From a virus, in IMG/VR virus record IMGVR_UViG_3300031555_005249: a stretch of 64,000 nt of DNA, one strand, 5' to 3'. Below are positions 1 through 10,556 of this stretch, in pieces. Each line of letters begins with the position of its first letter. The first letter of the stretch is position 1. A program made the position numbers and the translations under genes. The notes beneath the pieces were generated by a model, which was not told where the DNA came from, did not search any database, and saw only the letters and a list, made by a program, of their open reading frames with translations.

Positions 1-1
1 A

Positions 2-688
2 TTATTCAAATAGTATTGTATGGATTATAATGTAGATTCAAGAATTGTTAAAGATCAGCTCACAGAAGAACAAGCTTTTAAATATGAAGCAGAGTTAACT
101 TATTACTACAAAGAAAAAGGTGAATGTCATTGTAGTTTAGCTAAACCTGGAACTGGAGGCTACTCTTTTGTATGGACAGAGGATATGAAACAATATTGGT
201 CTAAATATAACCCAATGAAAGCTCAAGAATAGAGAGAAAGAATGTCTAAGAATAATCCTATGAAAAATCCAGAATTTGCAAAAAAAGCTGGAGATAAACA
301 TAAGCGACCTATTATAATAAACAAAACCCGATATGATGGTCTAGTTGATGCAGCAAGAGCATATGGAGTAGCAGAGACAACTGTCGTAGGATGGTGTAAA
401 AAAGGAGGCAATCCTCAAGGAGAATTATGTTATTATGAGGATGAAGGACCCAAACCATTCACTCCTAGTTTAAGTACAAAAGTTCCTATTATTGTAAATG
501 GAATATGGTATGAGAGCAAAGGAGCCGCAGCGAAAGCTATTGGTGCGCCAAATGGTTCTTGTTTCAATAGCGCGTTAAAAAATGGGATTTTATATAAAGG
601 ACAATATAAATGTGAATATGCTAATCAGCAGCCGAGCCAAGGGAATTCCAATAACAGTACCTTGGAAGGTTCAACGACTAACGAGTGA
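2..688 (+). CDS. Homing-endonuclease-like protein, 5' end lies outside the window; carries NUMOD3-type motifs (NPMKNPE); read through in-frame TAG at 11-13 and 230-232
   Basis: ORFs 20-232 and 242-688 are in the same frame, separated only by a TAG. Sequence shows repeated NPMK/NPxG NUMOD3-like motifs, typical of the C-terminal DNA-binding part of GIY-YIG or HNH homing endonucleases. Confidence 0.45.
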
Positions 689-918
689 GGATGGATACCA
701 ATAATCTCGACACGAGTACCGAACTCCTATTTAGATAGGATGAAGATATAGTCTGATCTTATAGGAAACTATAAGAAATACAAGATAAAGAGCTTGTATG
801 ATAACATAATGGTGACACTCGCGCCGCAATTGCTGATGTAAAAACTCAAGGCGTTATAAATACTAACGCTCTTGCTTCACAATTAGCTGCTTGCTGCTGC
901 GACATTGAGAAGGCTAAC

Positions 919-1239
919 ATGGAAAATCGTTTTGCCGCTCAAACTTATAACTGCAATACGCTTCAAGCTATTGACAAACTTGGTGATAGAATCATCGATT
1001 TCATGACGCAAGATAAGATCGCTTCTCTTACTGCAGAGAATCAGTCTCTTAAATTCGCGGCATCACAAGCAAATCAAAATGCATTTATCACTGCAAATCA
1101 AGAAGCTCAGACTGCAGAACTTATTCGCAGACTTTCGACTCCATGTCCCGTTCCTGCGTATGTAGTTCCTAACCCCAACTGCTGCTACGATTATCAAGTA
1201 ACTCGTAACTGCGGTTGCGGTAATTGCGTAAGCTTCTAA
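919..1239 (+). CDS. Small protein with a helical N-terminus and a Cys-rich C-terminus (7 Cys in last 35 aa: PCPVP...NCCYDYQVTRNCGCGNC)
   Basis: ORF track; first gene of a short plus-strand operon opposite to the rest of the window; composition only. Confidence 0.4.
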   Translation: MENRFAAQTYNCNTLQAIDKLGDRIIDFMTQDKIASLTAENQSLKFAASQANQNAFITANQEAQTAELIRRLSTPCPVPAYVVPNPNCCYDYQVTRNCGCGNCVSF

Positions 1240-1267
1240 TTAATTTTAAACGGAGGCTTAGATAAGA

Positions 1268-1687
1268 ATGGAAATTACAGCAAATGCTCTGCAGACGGTA
1301 GAGCTTAATCAAAATGTTCAGTTTACCGACACTGCGGTTTGCGGCAGCTGCTCCATTATGCATCGTGATGGTAGTGGTTTAGTAACTCTTCGTGGTCTTA
1401 CTAACCAATGTCGTGCGAGATTTAAGGCGTTCTTCAGCGGGAATATAGCCATTCCCGCTGACGGAACTGTTGAAGCGATCTCTCTTGCGATTGCTATTAA
1501 CGGAGAGGCTGTGGCTACAACCACAATGATCCAAACTCCAGCGGCAGTAGAAGAATTCGCTAATGTAGCTAGCGCAGTATATATTGACGTTCCTGCTAAT
1601 TGCTGCATCACAGTTAGCGTAAGAAATACTAGTACGCAAGCTATTGATGTTCAAAATGCAAACTTAATTATAGAAAGGGTGGCGTAA
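1268..1687 (+). CDS. Beta-rich 139-aa protein, weak resemblance to exosporium/TNF-like (BxpB/DUF3992-type) proteins
   Basis: ORF track; RBS GGAGG upstream; similarity judged from memory of motif spacing only. Confidence 0.35.
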   Translation: MEITANALQTVELNQNVQFTDTAVCGSCSIMHRDGSGLVTLRGLTNQCRARFKAFFSGNIAIPADGTVEAISLAIAINGEAVATTTMIQTPAAVEEFANVASAVYIDVPANCCITVSVRNTSTQAIDVQNANLIIERVA

Positions 1688-1688
1688 T

Positions 1689-2408
1689 ATGGAAAAATTA
1701 AAATAGATGAAAGAGGCGCTCGTCGGTTGTGTTCAAGGCCAGGTCTATGGCAACATGGAGAAGGTCGACGCTCAAGAGCTTGGCGCCGCCATTGATATGA
1801 TTAAGGATCTTAGTGAAGCTATCTATTATTGTACAATTACTGAGGCTATGGAGGAAGAAGGCGAAGATAAAGAAGGTAAAGGCAAGCACGGAATGATGTA
1901 TTATTCTCGTACAACTCCTATGTATCATATGCCTTATCCTGTTGAGATGTATGACCCTCGCAATAGAGAAAGATATTATTCACCAATGTATGCGCAAAGT
2001 GGCGAAAATAGTGGTGGCTATTCTAGCTCGTCTAATGGCAATAGTTCGAACTCCTCAGGTGGTAATGATGCGCGCGGAGGCGGCACTCGTGGCTACCATG
2101 AGGGAATGATTCCAGGTGAACATTATCCAATGTATAACGATGGTATGTATTCAATGTACGAACGCGGCGGTAATCGAGGATATATGGAAGCTATGAGTCG
2201 TGACCCTAAAGAAGGAAGAAGCGGCGAACGCCGCAAGATGTATATGGACGGTAAAGGTATGAAAGATAAAGCTCATCAAATGAAAGAGCTTGAATCTTAT
2301 ATGCAAGAACTTTCCAGTGATCTCACAGAGATGATTCAAGACGCATCTCCTGAAGAAAAACAACTTCTACAACAAAAGATAAGCATGCTCGCTACTAAAA
2401 TTAAATAA
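1689..2408 (+). CDS. Low-complexity Met/Tyr/Gly/Ser-rich protein (MYxxY repeats), with in-frame TAG at 1704-1706
   Basis: ATG at 1689 preceded by AAAGGGTGG RBS; the frame continues through TAG into the listed ORF 1707-2408. Confidence 0.4.
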
Positions 2409-2728
2409 TGTTTACCATTAATGGAGAACAATGGTGGATTGTTTTAGTTATGCCATACGACGTTGCGCTTTTAATGCCTGACGGTAACTTTGCTATTGGG
2501 GCGTGTAATGATGCAACTAAAACTATCTATATTAGTAACGAACTTTATGGTGAAGAGTTTGAGAAAGTTCTTTGCCATGAGTTAGTGCATGCGGCAATGT
2601 TTGCATATGATATGACTTTGGGTCATGATGAGGAAGAACTTATAGCGGAAATAATTTCGGTTTTTGGTGAAGAAATTATTGATTTAACTGATATAATGTT
2701 TGAACGAATAAGAAGAGGAAGATATTGA
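2408..2728 (+). CDS. ImmA/IrrE-family (DUF955-like) HExxH zinc metallopeptidase
   Basis: Motif ...TKTIYISNELYGEEFEKVLCHELVHA... matches the ImmA/IrrE pattern (I.IN..L......F.LAHELGH); start overlaps the previous stop (TAATG). Confidence 0.55.
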   Translation: MFTINGEQWWIVLVMPYDVALLMPDGNFAIGACNDATKTIYISNELYGEEFEKVLCHELVHAAMFAYDMTLGHDEEELIAEIISVFGEEIIDLTDIMFERIRRGRY

Positions 2729-2748
2729 GATATCTTCCTCTTTTTTAC
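2706..2748. terminator. Rho-independent terminator hairpin (aagaggaagatat-tgag-atatcttcctctt + T-run) closing the plus-strand operon and also lying downstream of the RuvC gene
   Basis: Perfect 13-bp inverted repeat followed by TTTTTT, seen in sequence. Confidence 0.6.
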
Positions 2749-3254
2749 CACTCTAAAGCAGAGCTATAATCTTTTTCTTTTTTTGGATGTAAATAAGCAT
2801 GACCAATACAAATTGCGTCTGCAATGTCGTCATTGGTTAAAGATAATCCATAAGCACGGTTTGCAAAGTCTATATCTTTCTATTTTTTCTATTCGCGCTT
2901 AGATCCACGTCCATCTTCTATTCCACATACGGAGCGCCAAGAACTAGGATAAACTAATTCAATTTCTACATTAGGATATTTATCATGAAGCTCGATATGG
3001 ATTAACGCTTGTAAATACATTAATGCTTTAAATGTATTAGTGTTTTTAGTATGATCTGGAATAACTTCTTCCATTACAATTTTTTCAATCTTTAACTATT
3101 CTACTAATGCTAGTATATTATCAACCATTTTATGGATTCGTTTATATAAATCATTTGAAGAAGCTGTAATACAAGTCTATCCAATCAACTCTTTGTCTTT
3201 AAAAATTGCCACACCTGTTGCTTTAGTTGAGGCATCTAATGCAAGTAAGTACAT
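2745..3254 (-). CDS. RuvC-like Holliday-junction resolvase, with 4 in-frame TAG codons
   Basis: Rejoined translation MYLLALDASTKATGVAIF...DDIADAICIGHAYLH carries the RuvC catalytic motifs. The listed ORF 2889-3074 is only the middle fragment. GGAGGTG RBS upstream. Confidence 0.65.
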
Positions 3255-3277
3255 ATATGCACCTCCATTCTGGTTTT

Positions 3278-3306
3278 ATTATACTATAAAATTTTATAAA
3301 AGTCAA
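3278..3306 (-). promoter_or_regulatory. Consensus sigma-70-type promoter (TTGACT-17-TATAAT) for the RuvC unit
   Basis: Minus-strand reading TTGACTtttataaaattttatagTATAAT. Confidence 0.55.
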
Positions 3307-3318
3307 AAGGAGCAGAAT

Positions 3319-3546
3319 TTACTTCTGCTCCTTGGCTTTTTGTTCTTGCTCTATAAGTAATTGATATTGTTGTAAATCTCTTTGATATTCTAATTGGACT
3401 TGATTTTGAGTTTCAATATAAATATCTTTTAATAATGCAGCGATTGTAAAAGGCGGTAGATGATAATCATTAACTCCAGCATTTACAAGATTAATAAGAT
3501 TTTGTTTTAATTGTTCGTAAGCAACAGATTGAGGTAATTGAGCCAT
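3319..3546 (-). CDS. Hypothetical protein (75 aa, Q/E-rich)
   Basis: ORF track; start overlaps dUTPase stop. Confidence 0.35.
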   Translation of the reverse strand: MAQLPQSVAYEQLKQNLINLVNAGVNDYHLPPFTIAALLKDIYIETQNQVQLEYQRDLQQYQLLIEQEQKAKEQK

Positions 3547-4046
3547 TATTTAGTTCCTGTACTACCAAATCCGCCTTCTCCGCGCGCGGTAGTTCCAATA
3601 GAATTTACCTCATTAAATAGTACTGGTATATATGGAGTAACCACGATTTGTGCAATACGTTCTCCATGTTCTACTATTTGTACTTCATTTGAAGTATTCT
3701 TAAGAGCTACTATTAGTTCTCCTCGATAATCTGAATCAATGATACCTGTTCCATTGGCTAATACAAGACCACGCTTTGTAGCCATCCCAGAACGAGGATA
3801 AACTGCGCCAAACGTGCCTTGAGGTAGCTCAATAGCAATGCCAGTAGAAATCTTACGAACTTCGCCTGGAGCAAGGGTGATACGACTTTGCAATTCAAGA
3901 TCCGCATAAAGATCCCAGCCTGCTGCGTATGTACTGCCCTGCACTGGCTCGTGCGCAGTGGGTGAAAGTTTTACATAATTTACGTGGCTACGCCACATTC
4001 CATTAGTGTCACAAGATGTTACTCCTACCATATTAAAATGCTCCAA
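3546..4046 (-). CDS. dut: dUTP pyrophosphatase (dUTPase)
   Basis: Motifs AAGWDLYA, PRSGMATK, GIIDSDYRGEL are classic trimeric dUTPase motifs. Confidence 0.9.
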   Translation of the reverse strand: MEHFNMVGVTSCDTNGMWRSHVNYVKLSPTAHEPVQGSTYAAGWDLYADLELQSRITLAPGEVRKISTGIAIELPQGTFGAVYPRSGMATKRGLVLANGTGIIDSDYRGELIVALKNTSNEVQIVEHGERIAQIVVTPYIPVLFNEVNSIGTTARGEGGFGSTGTK

Positions 4047-4284
4047 TCTTATATTCTACGCTTGCTTCTCCACAAGGTTCTTTAGGGTCATCGAATACCT
4101 TAACCAAAGTTACAATATAATATTCATCAATAATTTCACCCTTTTGTTTGCGTTCTTTTTTTACCGAAGAGTATTTTGATAAGAGATAGCGCGTATCCGC
4201 CTTAGCTGCCTCTATAAGCGCAGCCGCCTCTTTTTCACTATCTGCTCTATGCTCTTCTGTTGTTTTAAGCAAATATTTAGCCAT
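4033..4284 (-). CDS. Hypothetical protein
   Basis: ORF track. Confidence 0.35.
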   Translation of the reverse strand: MAKYLLKTTEEHRADSEKEAAALIEAAKADTRYLLSKYSSVKKERKQKGEIIDEYYIVTLVKVFDDPKEPCGEASVEYKIGAF

Positions 4285-4306
4285 ATCCTTTTATCTCCTT
4301 TTATTC

Positions 4307-4588
4307 TTATAGATATTGAAAAGTCAAATCATCTATACTATAAGTTGTTACTGTTGTTTCTTTTAGTCTTTTTTCAATGCCTTCCATATAATCTTTTGCG
4401 CCTGAAAAACTAATATGCTTAATATCATATTTTTTAATAAGCTCGAAAATAACTTCATCGAGATCTTCAAATTGAACACCTATTGTGTCAACTATTGCTT
4501 TTTCTTTAACGACGCAAATTTTATAAAAAGGGGTTACTGGACTTCCGTGTATTAATATTGTATTCATAGACTGCTCCTTAATATTCAA
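4307..4588 (-). CDS. Hypothetical protein
   Basis: ORF track. Confidence 0.35.
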   Translation of the reverse strand: MNIKEQSMNTILIHGSPVTPFYKICVVKEKAIVDTIGVQFEDLDEVIFELIKKYDIKHISFSGAKDYMEGIEKRLKETTVTTYSIDDLTFQYL

Positions 4589-5003
4589 TTACTGCTTCTC
4601 CATATGGGAAAAGATAATAAGCAAAACAACCCTCAGGGTTTCTAATCCAAAGTTCCCAACTACCATCTGTTTGATCTTCTATTGCTAAAATTTCTCCTCT
4701 ATTAATCATACACTCAATAACGTCATTAGCTGCATTGTAAACTGTGAGAGGAGGAGTCATATCGCTATTTGTTTTATTTAAGTTAAATAAAGTAAAGTCG
4801 CGCTGTTCATGACATAAAAGCATAAAATACTTTTGTTCAAAATGGTTTAGAAACCAAGTTCTTAAATGTTCACGCGAAAGTTCAAGTTGAGCATCGCTAA
4901 TCTTAGGCTCTTTTTCCATCAACTGCTTATTTATATCATATAGATTTCCAAGAGAGACTTCTGACGTTTGCTTTGGAATTTTATCTTCATAGTTGGCTTT
5001 CAT
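4578..5003 (-). CDS. Hypothetical protein
   Basis: ORF track. Confidence 0.4.
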   Translation of the reverse strand: MKANYEDKIPKQTSEVSLGNLYDINKQLMEKEPKISDAQLELSREHLRTWFLNHFEQKYFMLLCHEQRDFTLFNLNKTNSDMTPPLTVYNAANDVIECMINRGEILAIEDQTDGSWELWIRNPEGCFAYYLFPYGEAVIEY

Positions 5004-5062
5004 TTTTCTTTCTCCTTAAATTGTTCTATATATAATAATTATAATTTAATTTTTTATTTTTG

Positions 5063-5257
5063 TCAAGCTTCTGTTTTTATATATAAACCGCAATTGCAAA
5101 TAGTCCCCTAAGGTGATTCACGAAAATCTTTACACATACATTTAGTATCTTCATTTCGAAATTCTTTTAGCACACAAGGACAATGTCCTTCAGCAGCATT
5201 AATAGCTGTGCGGATCTCAGCGGCAAGTTCATCACTAGCATATCTTTTAATGATCAT
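5063..5257 (-). CDS. Small CPC/CxC-motif redox protein resembling the ferredoxin-thioredoxin-reductase catalytic motif (CPC-x10-CMC-x11-CNC), with one in-frame TAG
   Basis: Hand translation MIIKRYASDELAAEIRTAINAAEGHCPCVLKEFRNEDTKCMCKDFRESP-Q-GTICNCGLYIKTEA; translationally coupled to nrdG (TAATG). Confidence 0.35.
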
Positions 5258-5739
5258 TAACTAATCCTTTCTGCGTATTGATTGGGAGAAGCCAATTTTA
5301 CGCCAAGTATTTCATCATAATGTGACTCAGTATTTGGAATATAGCGCCCAAATTTTATTATGATGTTTGAAAATTGTTTTAATTGAATTAATTCATTTTC
5401 AATCTCATCTTTATTATAACCTGTATAGATAATAATATCATCATTTATAGAATAACATTCTCTAAAAACAAAGATAAGATTTAACAGGTCTTCAAATGTA
5501 TCAAAAGGTTCTAGACCTTGGAAGCATATCGCGCGCGCGATAGGGTTGTTTCTATAAGCTTGTACTATTGAAGTGTTAGCAATTTCTTTATCAGGTGCGG
5601 CCACCAGTGCGCTATTTTGACACACTGGTTGGCCGCATTCACGATCGCATTTAAAACCTTTACAAATAGGCGTTTCTATTGTCATACAAGGAACTTTATA
5701 ATTTACAAAATCTTCAAATATAATTCCTTTTATTTTCAT
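5257..5739 (-). CDS. nrdG: Anaerobic ribonucleotide reductase activating protein (NrdG-like radical SAM)
   Basis: Cys cluster CKGFKCDRECGQPVC near the N-terminus, size about 160 aa, sits directly next to nrdD. Confidence 0.55.
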   Translation of the reverse strand: MKIKGIIFEDFVNYKVPCMTIETPICKGFKCDRECGQPVCQNSALVAAPDKEIANTSIVQAYRNNPIARAICFQGLEPFDTFEDLLNLIFVFRECYSINDDIIIYTGYNKDEIENELIQLKQFSNIIIKFGRYIPNTESHYDEILGVKLASPNQYAERIS

Positions 5740-8700
5740 TTATTAATAGGCTCCCATTTTCTCATTTTATATTCATTAGTTCTTTCTTTTGACCACGTCT
5801 TTATAGGGGTGTAAAAGCCAACGATACGAGTATATTCTGTTTCAACTGGTCGACCACATACTGGACAAGTGCGTCCATAGAAGGCATGGTTATTATCACA
5901 AGCTTGAATCTTGGTATTAAAAGCAAAATATGTTACTCCTGCATCAGAGATATAATTAACCATATCCCAAGCCTTATCAAAACTATCAAATGGGGCATCG
6001 ATATTGGCGTGTAGGATCGAACCTCCATTGCAATATCCATCAAACTCTGCGGCGATACGTACGCGCTCGGCAAGGGTTGTTTGTATACCAAGCGGAATAA
6101 ATTGATTACCATAAAGCGGTAAGTCAAAGATGCTCGCTTCCGGATAAAAGAATTTGTCTTTTTTCATTAGCTTTGCGGCAGCCGACTCTCCGGGGATCTA
6201 TTCAGTATTAACGTGATAATCGGCGCCTACCTCTGCAATAAATTCATCTGCCGTTTGACGTATAGTCTCAAAGATTCTTTTACCAAGCGACGAAGCATTT
6301 TCTGTATAGTAAACATTGCCAAATTCATCTGTACGAGTATAGCCAAAACGCTTCATTGTTTCATATACTCCGATAAAACCAATAGTATTATAAAGATGTT
6401 CAAAGTCGACTAACCCATTAGAAAAATTAGGTAATAGTCCTTTTTCAACATTACGACGAATAATATTACGTACACAATGTAGTGCTTGAAGATTCAAAAG
6501 TGTCAACTTCTTCAATCCACATAGATATTCAAATTCATTAGCACTATCAAGAGCGAGGCGCGCGAGGTTGATTGTAGAGACTTTAACTGAACCGACTTTT
6601 AGTGCGGTACCTCCGATACTATTAAAATAACCTAGGTCTTTAATATCACTCTTCAAACGACAACAGTTAGAAAGTGAAGTTACTGAATCATCAATAAATA
6701 GGTTACTGTCAGACCAGCGCATATTGTGTTTAACTGCCCAGCGCGCAAAATCTTCATCTTGGAATTTACCTTCTTGTTTTAGTAGAGAGATTGAAAGTAC
6801 TGGAAAAGTAAACATATTCTTGTCCCTGATATCAGCAACGGTTTCCATATACCATTTTTGGAATTCAATAATTTCTTCTTCATAGTCAATCATAAATTCT
6901 CCATTAGGGAACTCACTGCCGCCAAATAAAGCTTCGTAGTAAGGACGATCAAATACACTGGTATTAGTAAATGCAGATTGCGACCCATCGCGGACATAAG
7001 GTTGATTCACTGCGTATACAAAACGCTGGAAGTTTTGACGTGCATATTTCTCTCCATTTCCGCTACTCTTGATACCGAGATAGTCTTCTTCCATATCCTT
7101 ATGCCAAAAGTAATACATATAAGGGATGAGATTAGGAAGTCCTACGGCGCCGGAGGAACGATTAGAAGCATAGCTAATAAACTCTTTAACAAAATCAACA
7201 AAAGTAGTTAAATGCTAAGCAGGCTCAGGATTAAAAGGTGCGCCAATAAAATATAGTCCTTTTTCAGCCAGGTCTTTCAGGTCATAAGCAAAACAATTAT
7301 GAGATAGAATGTTGTTGCAAATAAAATGACCTGTTTTTGTTGTTAAGTCATATACCTCAGGGCATTCATCAATATACTCTGAGTTATCAATAACTGAGAC
7401 CCATCCATAGTTATATTCATATTGCTTGTTTTTAAAATTACCTTTACGAGTTAAAGGAATATATTTTTCAGCAATTTTAATACTTCCAATACGAGAAAAA
7501 TATTCTTCGTTCGTTAAAGTGAAGCCAATCCCAAACATTGGTAACTTTTGTTCGAAGCTTCCAGCTCGATTATATCTAAATGGAGTGCGATCTCCTGCAA
7601 AAACCCCTTTGGAATGTAAATACATACTCAATTGATGGCATAGCGTTTCTGAGGCAATACGGATATGACAATGTCTATTTTTATATCCATCAATAGTACC
7701 ATCGCCATCGATCATTCCCGCAATAATTCCATCCATAAATTCAGAAGGATAAGTCATGAAATATGATGGTAACTGCTTAGTTGCAGAAGTCTGACCTTTT
7801 AATAGTGAATTTAACCATTCTTCAAAAGGACTAACCTTTAAATAAATTTTTCTATCTCCACTTTCTGAATATGGAATATCATATTGGTCACAGATATATT
7901 TTAATTTTTCAGCTTGAGGAGAATCTAGTTTTTGAGCAATTACAAATTGACTATTCAGACTATTTCCTTCGGAAAGAGCCATACCTAATATCCATCCTGT
8001 CTCTCTATTATAAGGAATTTGATATACAATTTCTTGATGACTTTCAGAATATTTATTAGGCTGTATTGTAAAGACTCGATACTCACTAGTTACATCCTTT
8101 GCAGGAATATCTCCACAATCGGTAATAATAGGGTGATCTTCTGTTACAATTTGTGATAAACCATTTGCTAACTTGATAAAACGCATAGGTTTATTATTTG
8201 TGTGTTTAACTGCGCGAGTAATCTTAGTCCAACATTTTTCTCCAGTTTCTTCATTAATATCAAGTATCTCGATATTTTTCGGGAAAAGTGCATTTTGTTC
8301 AATAGATACATCATATTTTTCTTCTGCTTCTGTATCCATATACAAAATATTTTCATACAAATTCTTAAGTGCAAAAGTGTATTCACGATGCACCTTGTCT
8401 CTTACTGTTACAAGTTCTTCACCCTTATAGCAGTAATGTTTAAAGGTCGAGGTATCAGCATCATGCATGTAGAGCTGACCAATCCATTCGGCGCGCAACC
8501 ACTCATTTGCACGTTTAAAACCAAAATGTTTTTGCATCTCATAATGAATTTTATTATAAGCTAATAATTTTCTATGAGGTTTTGGCATTTCGTTTAAGAG
8601 AGTTACAATATCTTTTTTACTAACATTACTATTGCCATCAATACTCGCGTCAGCTACGACTTTGGTATCGATAAATGAACTAATAAAATCTGTGTAACTT

Positions 8701-8885
8701 AATTGTTCATCAGCAAATCCATTAAGCTTTGCCATTTCAGTTCCAAATTCATCTTGCATTTTGTTATAAGCAGTAACAAAATTTTTCTTTAATTTAACAT
8801 TAACTTCCATATCTCCAATGATATCCTCCTGTTGTTTGTAAAAATCCTTGACAGCATCGAGATATGTTTTCATGATGTATGCCAA
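5736..8885 (-). CDS. nrdD: Anaerobic ribonucleoside-triphosphate reductase NrdD, one continuous frame with 2 in-frame TAG (6198-6200, 7215-7217) and a LAGLIDADG intein
   Basis: Three listed ORFs (7215-8885, 6198-7118, 5736-6167) are in frame and separated only by TAG. C-terminus has the CPVCG Zn ribbon and the glycyl-radical region TRIVGFYTP. Confidence 0.8.
7296..8432 (-). mobile_element. Intein (379 aa) with LAGLIDADG homing-endonuclease domain inside NrdD
   Basis: Starts with Cys after ...TSTFKHY, ends ...ILSHN followed by Cys+1. Internal motifs LGMALSEGN and IAGMIDGDG. Confidence 0.75.
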
Positions 8886-9480
8886 GCTCTTTCTCTGCTT
8901 CTGCTAGAGATTTAAAGTTTTGATTTAGCTCCACACAATAAACTGGAGTAACTCTTTTATCTTCAGATAGAGGAAGATTATTTGATAAATAATCTTCATA
9001 GTATGTCCAATGAAATTTATATGCAGTGTGTAATTTTCCACGACAACACGCAATAATATTTGCATTAGCAAAACCCTTTAATCGTTCAATTTCTTTTGCG
9101 CTATCAAAAACCTTTTGTGTTTCTAAACATATAATTTTTCTTTTTGTTTTACAACTATTACTCATTTTTTGACGAGATTCTCTTGAATATTCATTATTCA
9201 ATCCGCCACTTTTTATATTATAGCCACTATTCACAGTATCATATTTTGTGATAAGTTCTTCTTCTTTTTGATTAGCTTCCTGTAATGTTAAGTTCTCATA
9301 TAAAATAGTCTATTCAAAATTATCCCATCCATATTTTTCAATAGCATGATAAAATTTAACACAGCCAGTATAGTTAGAGGGGTGACAGCGACGCGTGATA
9401 TCTTTAGACTAACCAATATATTTTTTGCCATTTATTTTATTGGTATAACAATAAATGCAATATTGATTATCCATTAGCAT
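8800..9480 (-). CDS. GIY-YIG homing endonuclease (I-TevI-like, NUMOD C-terminus), 2 in-frame TAG
   Basis: N-terminus MLMDNQYCIYCYTNKINGKKYIG-TAG-SKDI...R..H...AIEKYGWDNFE; a TAG sits at the conserved Gln of the YIGQ motif. Free-standing between nrdD and nrdH, as seen with T4 mob/seg genes. Confidence 0.75.
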
Positions 9481-9691
9481 GCTCCTTTGCCCAATTAGTA
9501 AACCACTTAATAGCTTCTGGGCCTGTATAGATAGTACCATCCATACGAAGCGCGGGAGCAGCTTTTACTCCAAGAGCAATAATTGCATCTTCATCTTCAA
9601 TATGCTTATAGCTGATACCAGCTTTATCCATTTTCATTTTTAACACTTTGCACTGGGGGCATCCAGGCTTTGAATATAAAGTTATATCCAT
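9467..9691 (-). CDS. nrdH: Glutaredoxin-like protein (NrdH-like, CPQC active site)
   Basis: KPGCPQCK motif, 74 aa thioredoxin fold. Confidence 0.6.
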   Translation of the reverse strand: MDITLYSKPGCPQCKVLKMKMDKAGISYKHIEDEDAIIALGVKAAPALRMDGTIYTGPEAIKWFTNWAKEHANG

Positions 9692-9766
9692 GTCATTTTC
9701 TCCTTTTCATTTAATTTTGACATTATAATATAATTTTTATTATAATTAGTTAAATTATTTTTGACC

Positions 9767-10396
9767 TCATTTTGCTTTTATCAACTTTAAATGTTCACTA
9801 AAAACAGCCGGATCTTTACCAAGAGATAACCACATTCTACTAATAGGCAAAGTAATACCATAGTTCATAAGTAGGTCTGGATTGGTATTATTATCCATAT
9901 TTGCAAACCTGTAATATTCAAATTCAAGGTCGCTAAAATCTGTTTCATCTGTAAAATAACGACGACACATTTCTGCACAATTAGGATTATCAGAGCGTTG
10001 TAAATAACGCATTAAGCGCATTTTATCAGGTGCGTCCACATAAATTACTATGGTTTGAATATTAGGCGCCTCAAGAAGAGCAATTACACCTGCAGGGTTA
10101 AATACACCTATATTAATTTTATCGGTTACTAATGAGTCATAACCAGTGCCGTAAAACCAACCATTAAATTCTGTTGCTTCAAAGAGATTCCCATTTAAAA
10201 CTCTACGAGTAAAATCTTCAATAGAAAGGTAATGGTAATCTATACCATCTTGTTCATTATCTCGCGGCGGGCGCGTAGTACAGCTAACTATTGAATGAAA
10301 AATATCTGGATGTAATTCATAAGTAACTCGCTGAATTAAATCTTTACCTGCGCCCGCCTTGCCTATAAGCGCCACTACTTGATATTGTTTATCCAT
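9767..10396 (-). CDS. gmk: Guanylate kinase
   Basis: P-loop GKAGAGKD and the signature CTTRPPRDNEQDGIDYHY. True start is MDKQYQ; the listed ORF starts at a spurious upstream codon. Confidence 0.8.
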   Translation of the reverse strand: MDKQYQVVALIGKAGAGKDLIQRVTYELHPDIFHSIVSCTTRPPRDNEQDGIDYHYLSIEDFTRRVLNGNLFEATEFNGWFYGTGYDSLVTDKINIGVFNPAGVIALLEAPNIQTIVIYVDAPDKMRLMRYLQRSDNPNCAEMCRRYFTDETDFSDLEFEYYRFANMDNNTNPDLLMNYGITLPISRMWLSLGKDPAVFSEHLKLIKAK

Positions 10397-10556
10397 AAAT
10401 TCTTGTTTGACCTCTTTCTTTTTGTATTTCTTGTAAAGATAATAGTAGTTGATAAGCTTCACTATAATCTTCAAATGATTCTGTGGTAATCTCTATTTTA
10501 TAGAGATTACCAGCATTTTCATAATCGGGGGTAATTACCCGTTTTATATCAATCAT
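10389..10556 (-). CDS. Small hypothetical protein (55 aa)
   Basis: ATG overlaps the dnaE stop (ATGA); stop overlaps the gmk start. Confidence 0.3.
   Translation of the reverse strand: MIDIKRVITPDYENAGNLYKIEITTESFEDYSEAYQLLLSLQEIQKERGQTRIYG

Noticed and set aside
9767-10474. Listed 235-aa form of guanylate kinase starting at 10474
   Set aside because: The first 26 codons (MKIIVKLINYYYLYKK...) overlap another small gene in a different frame. The conserved kinase begins at MDKQYQ, so the start was moved to 10396.
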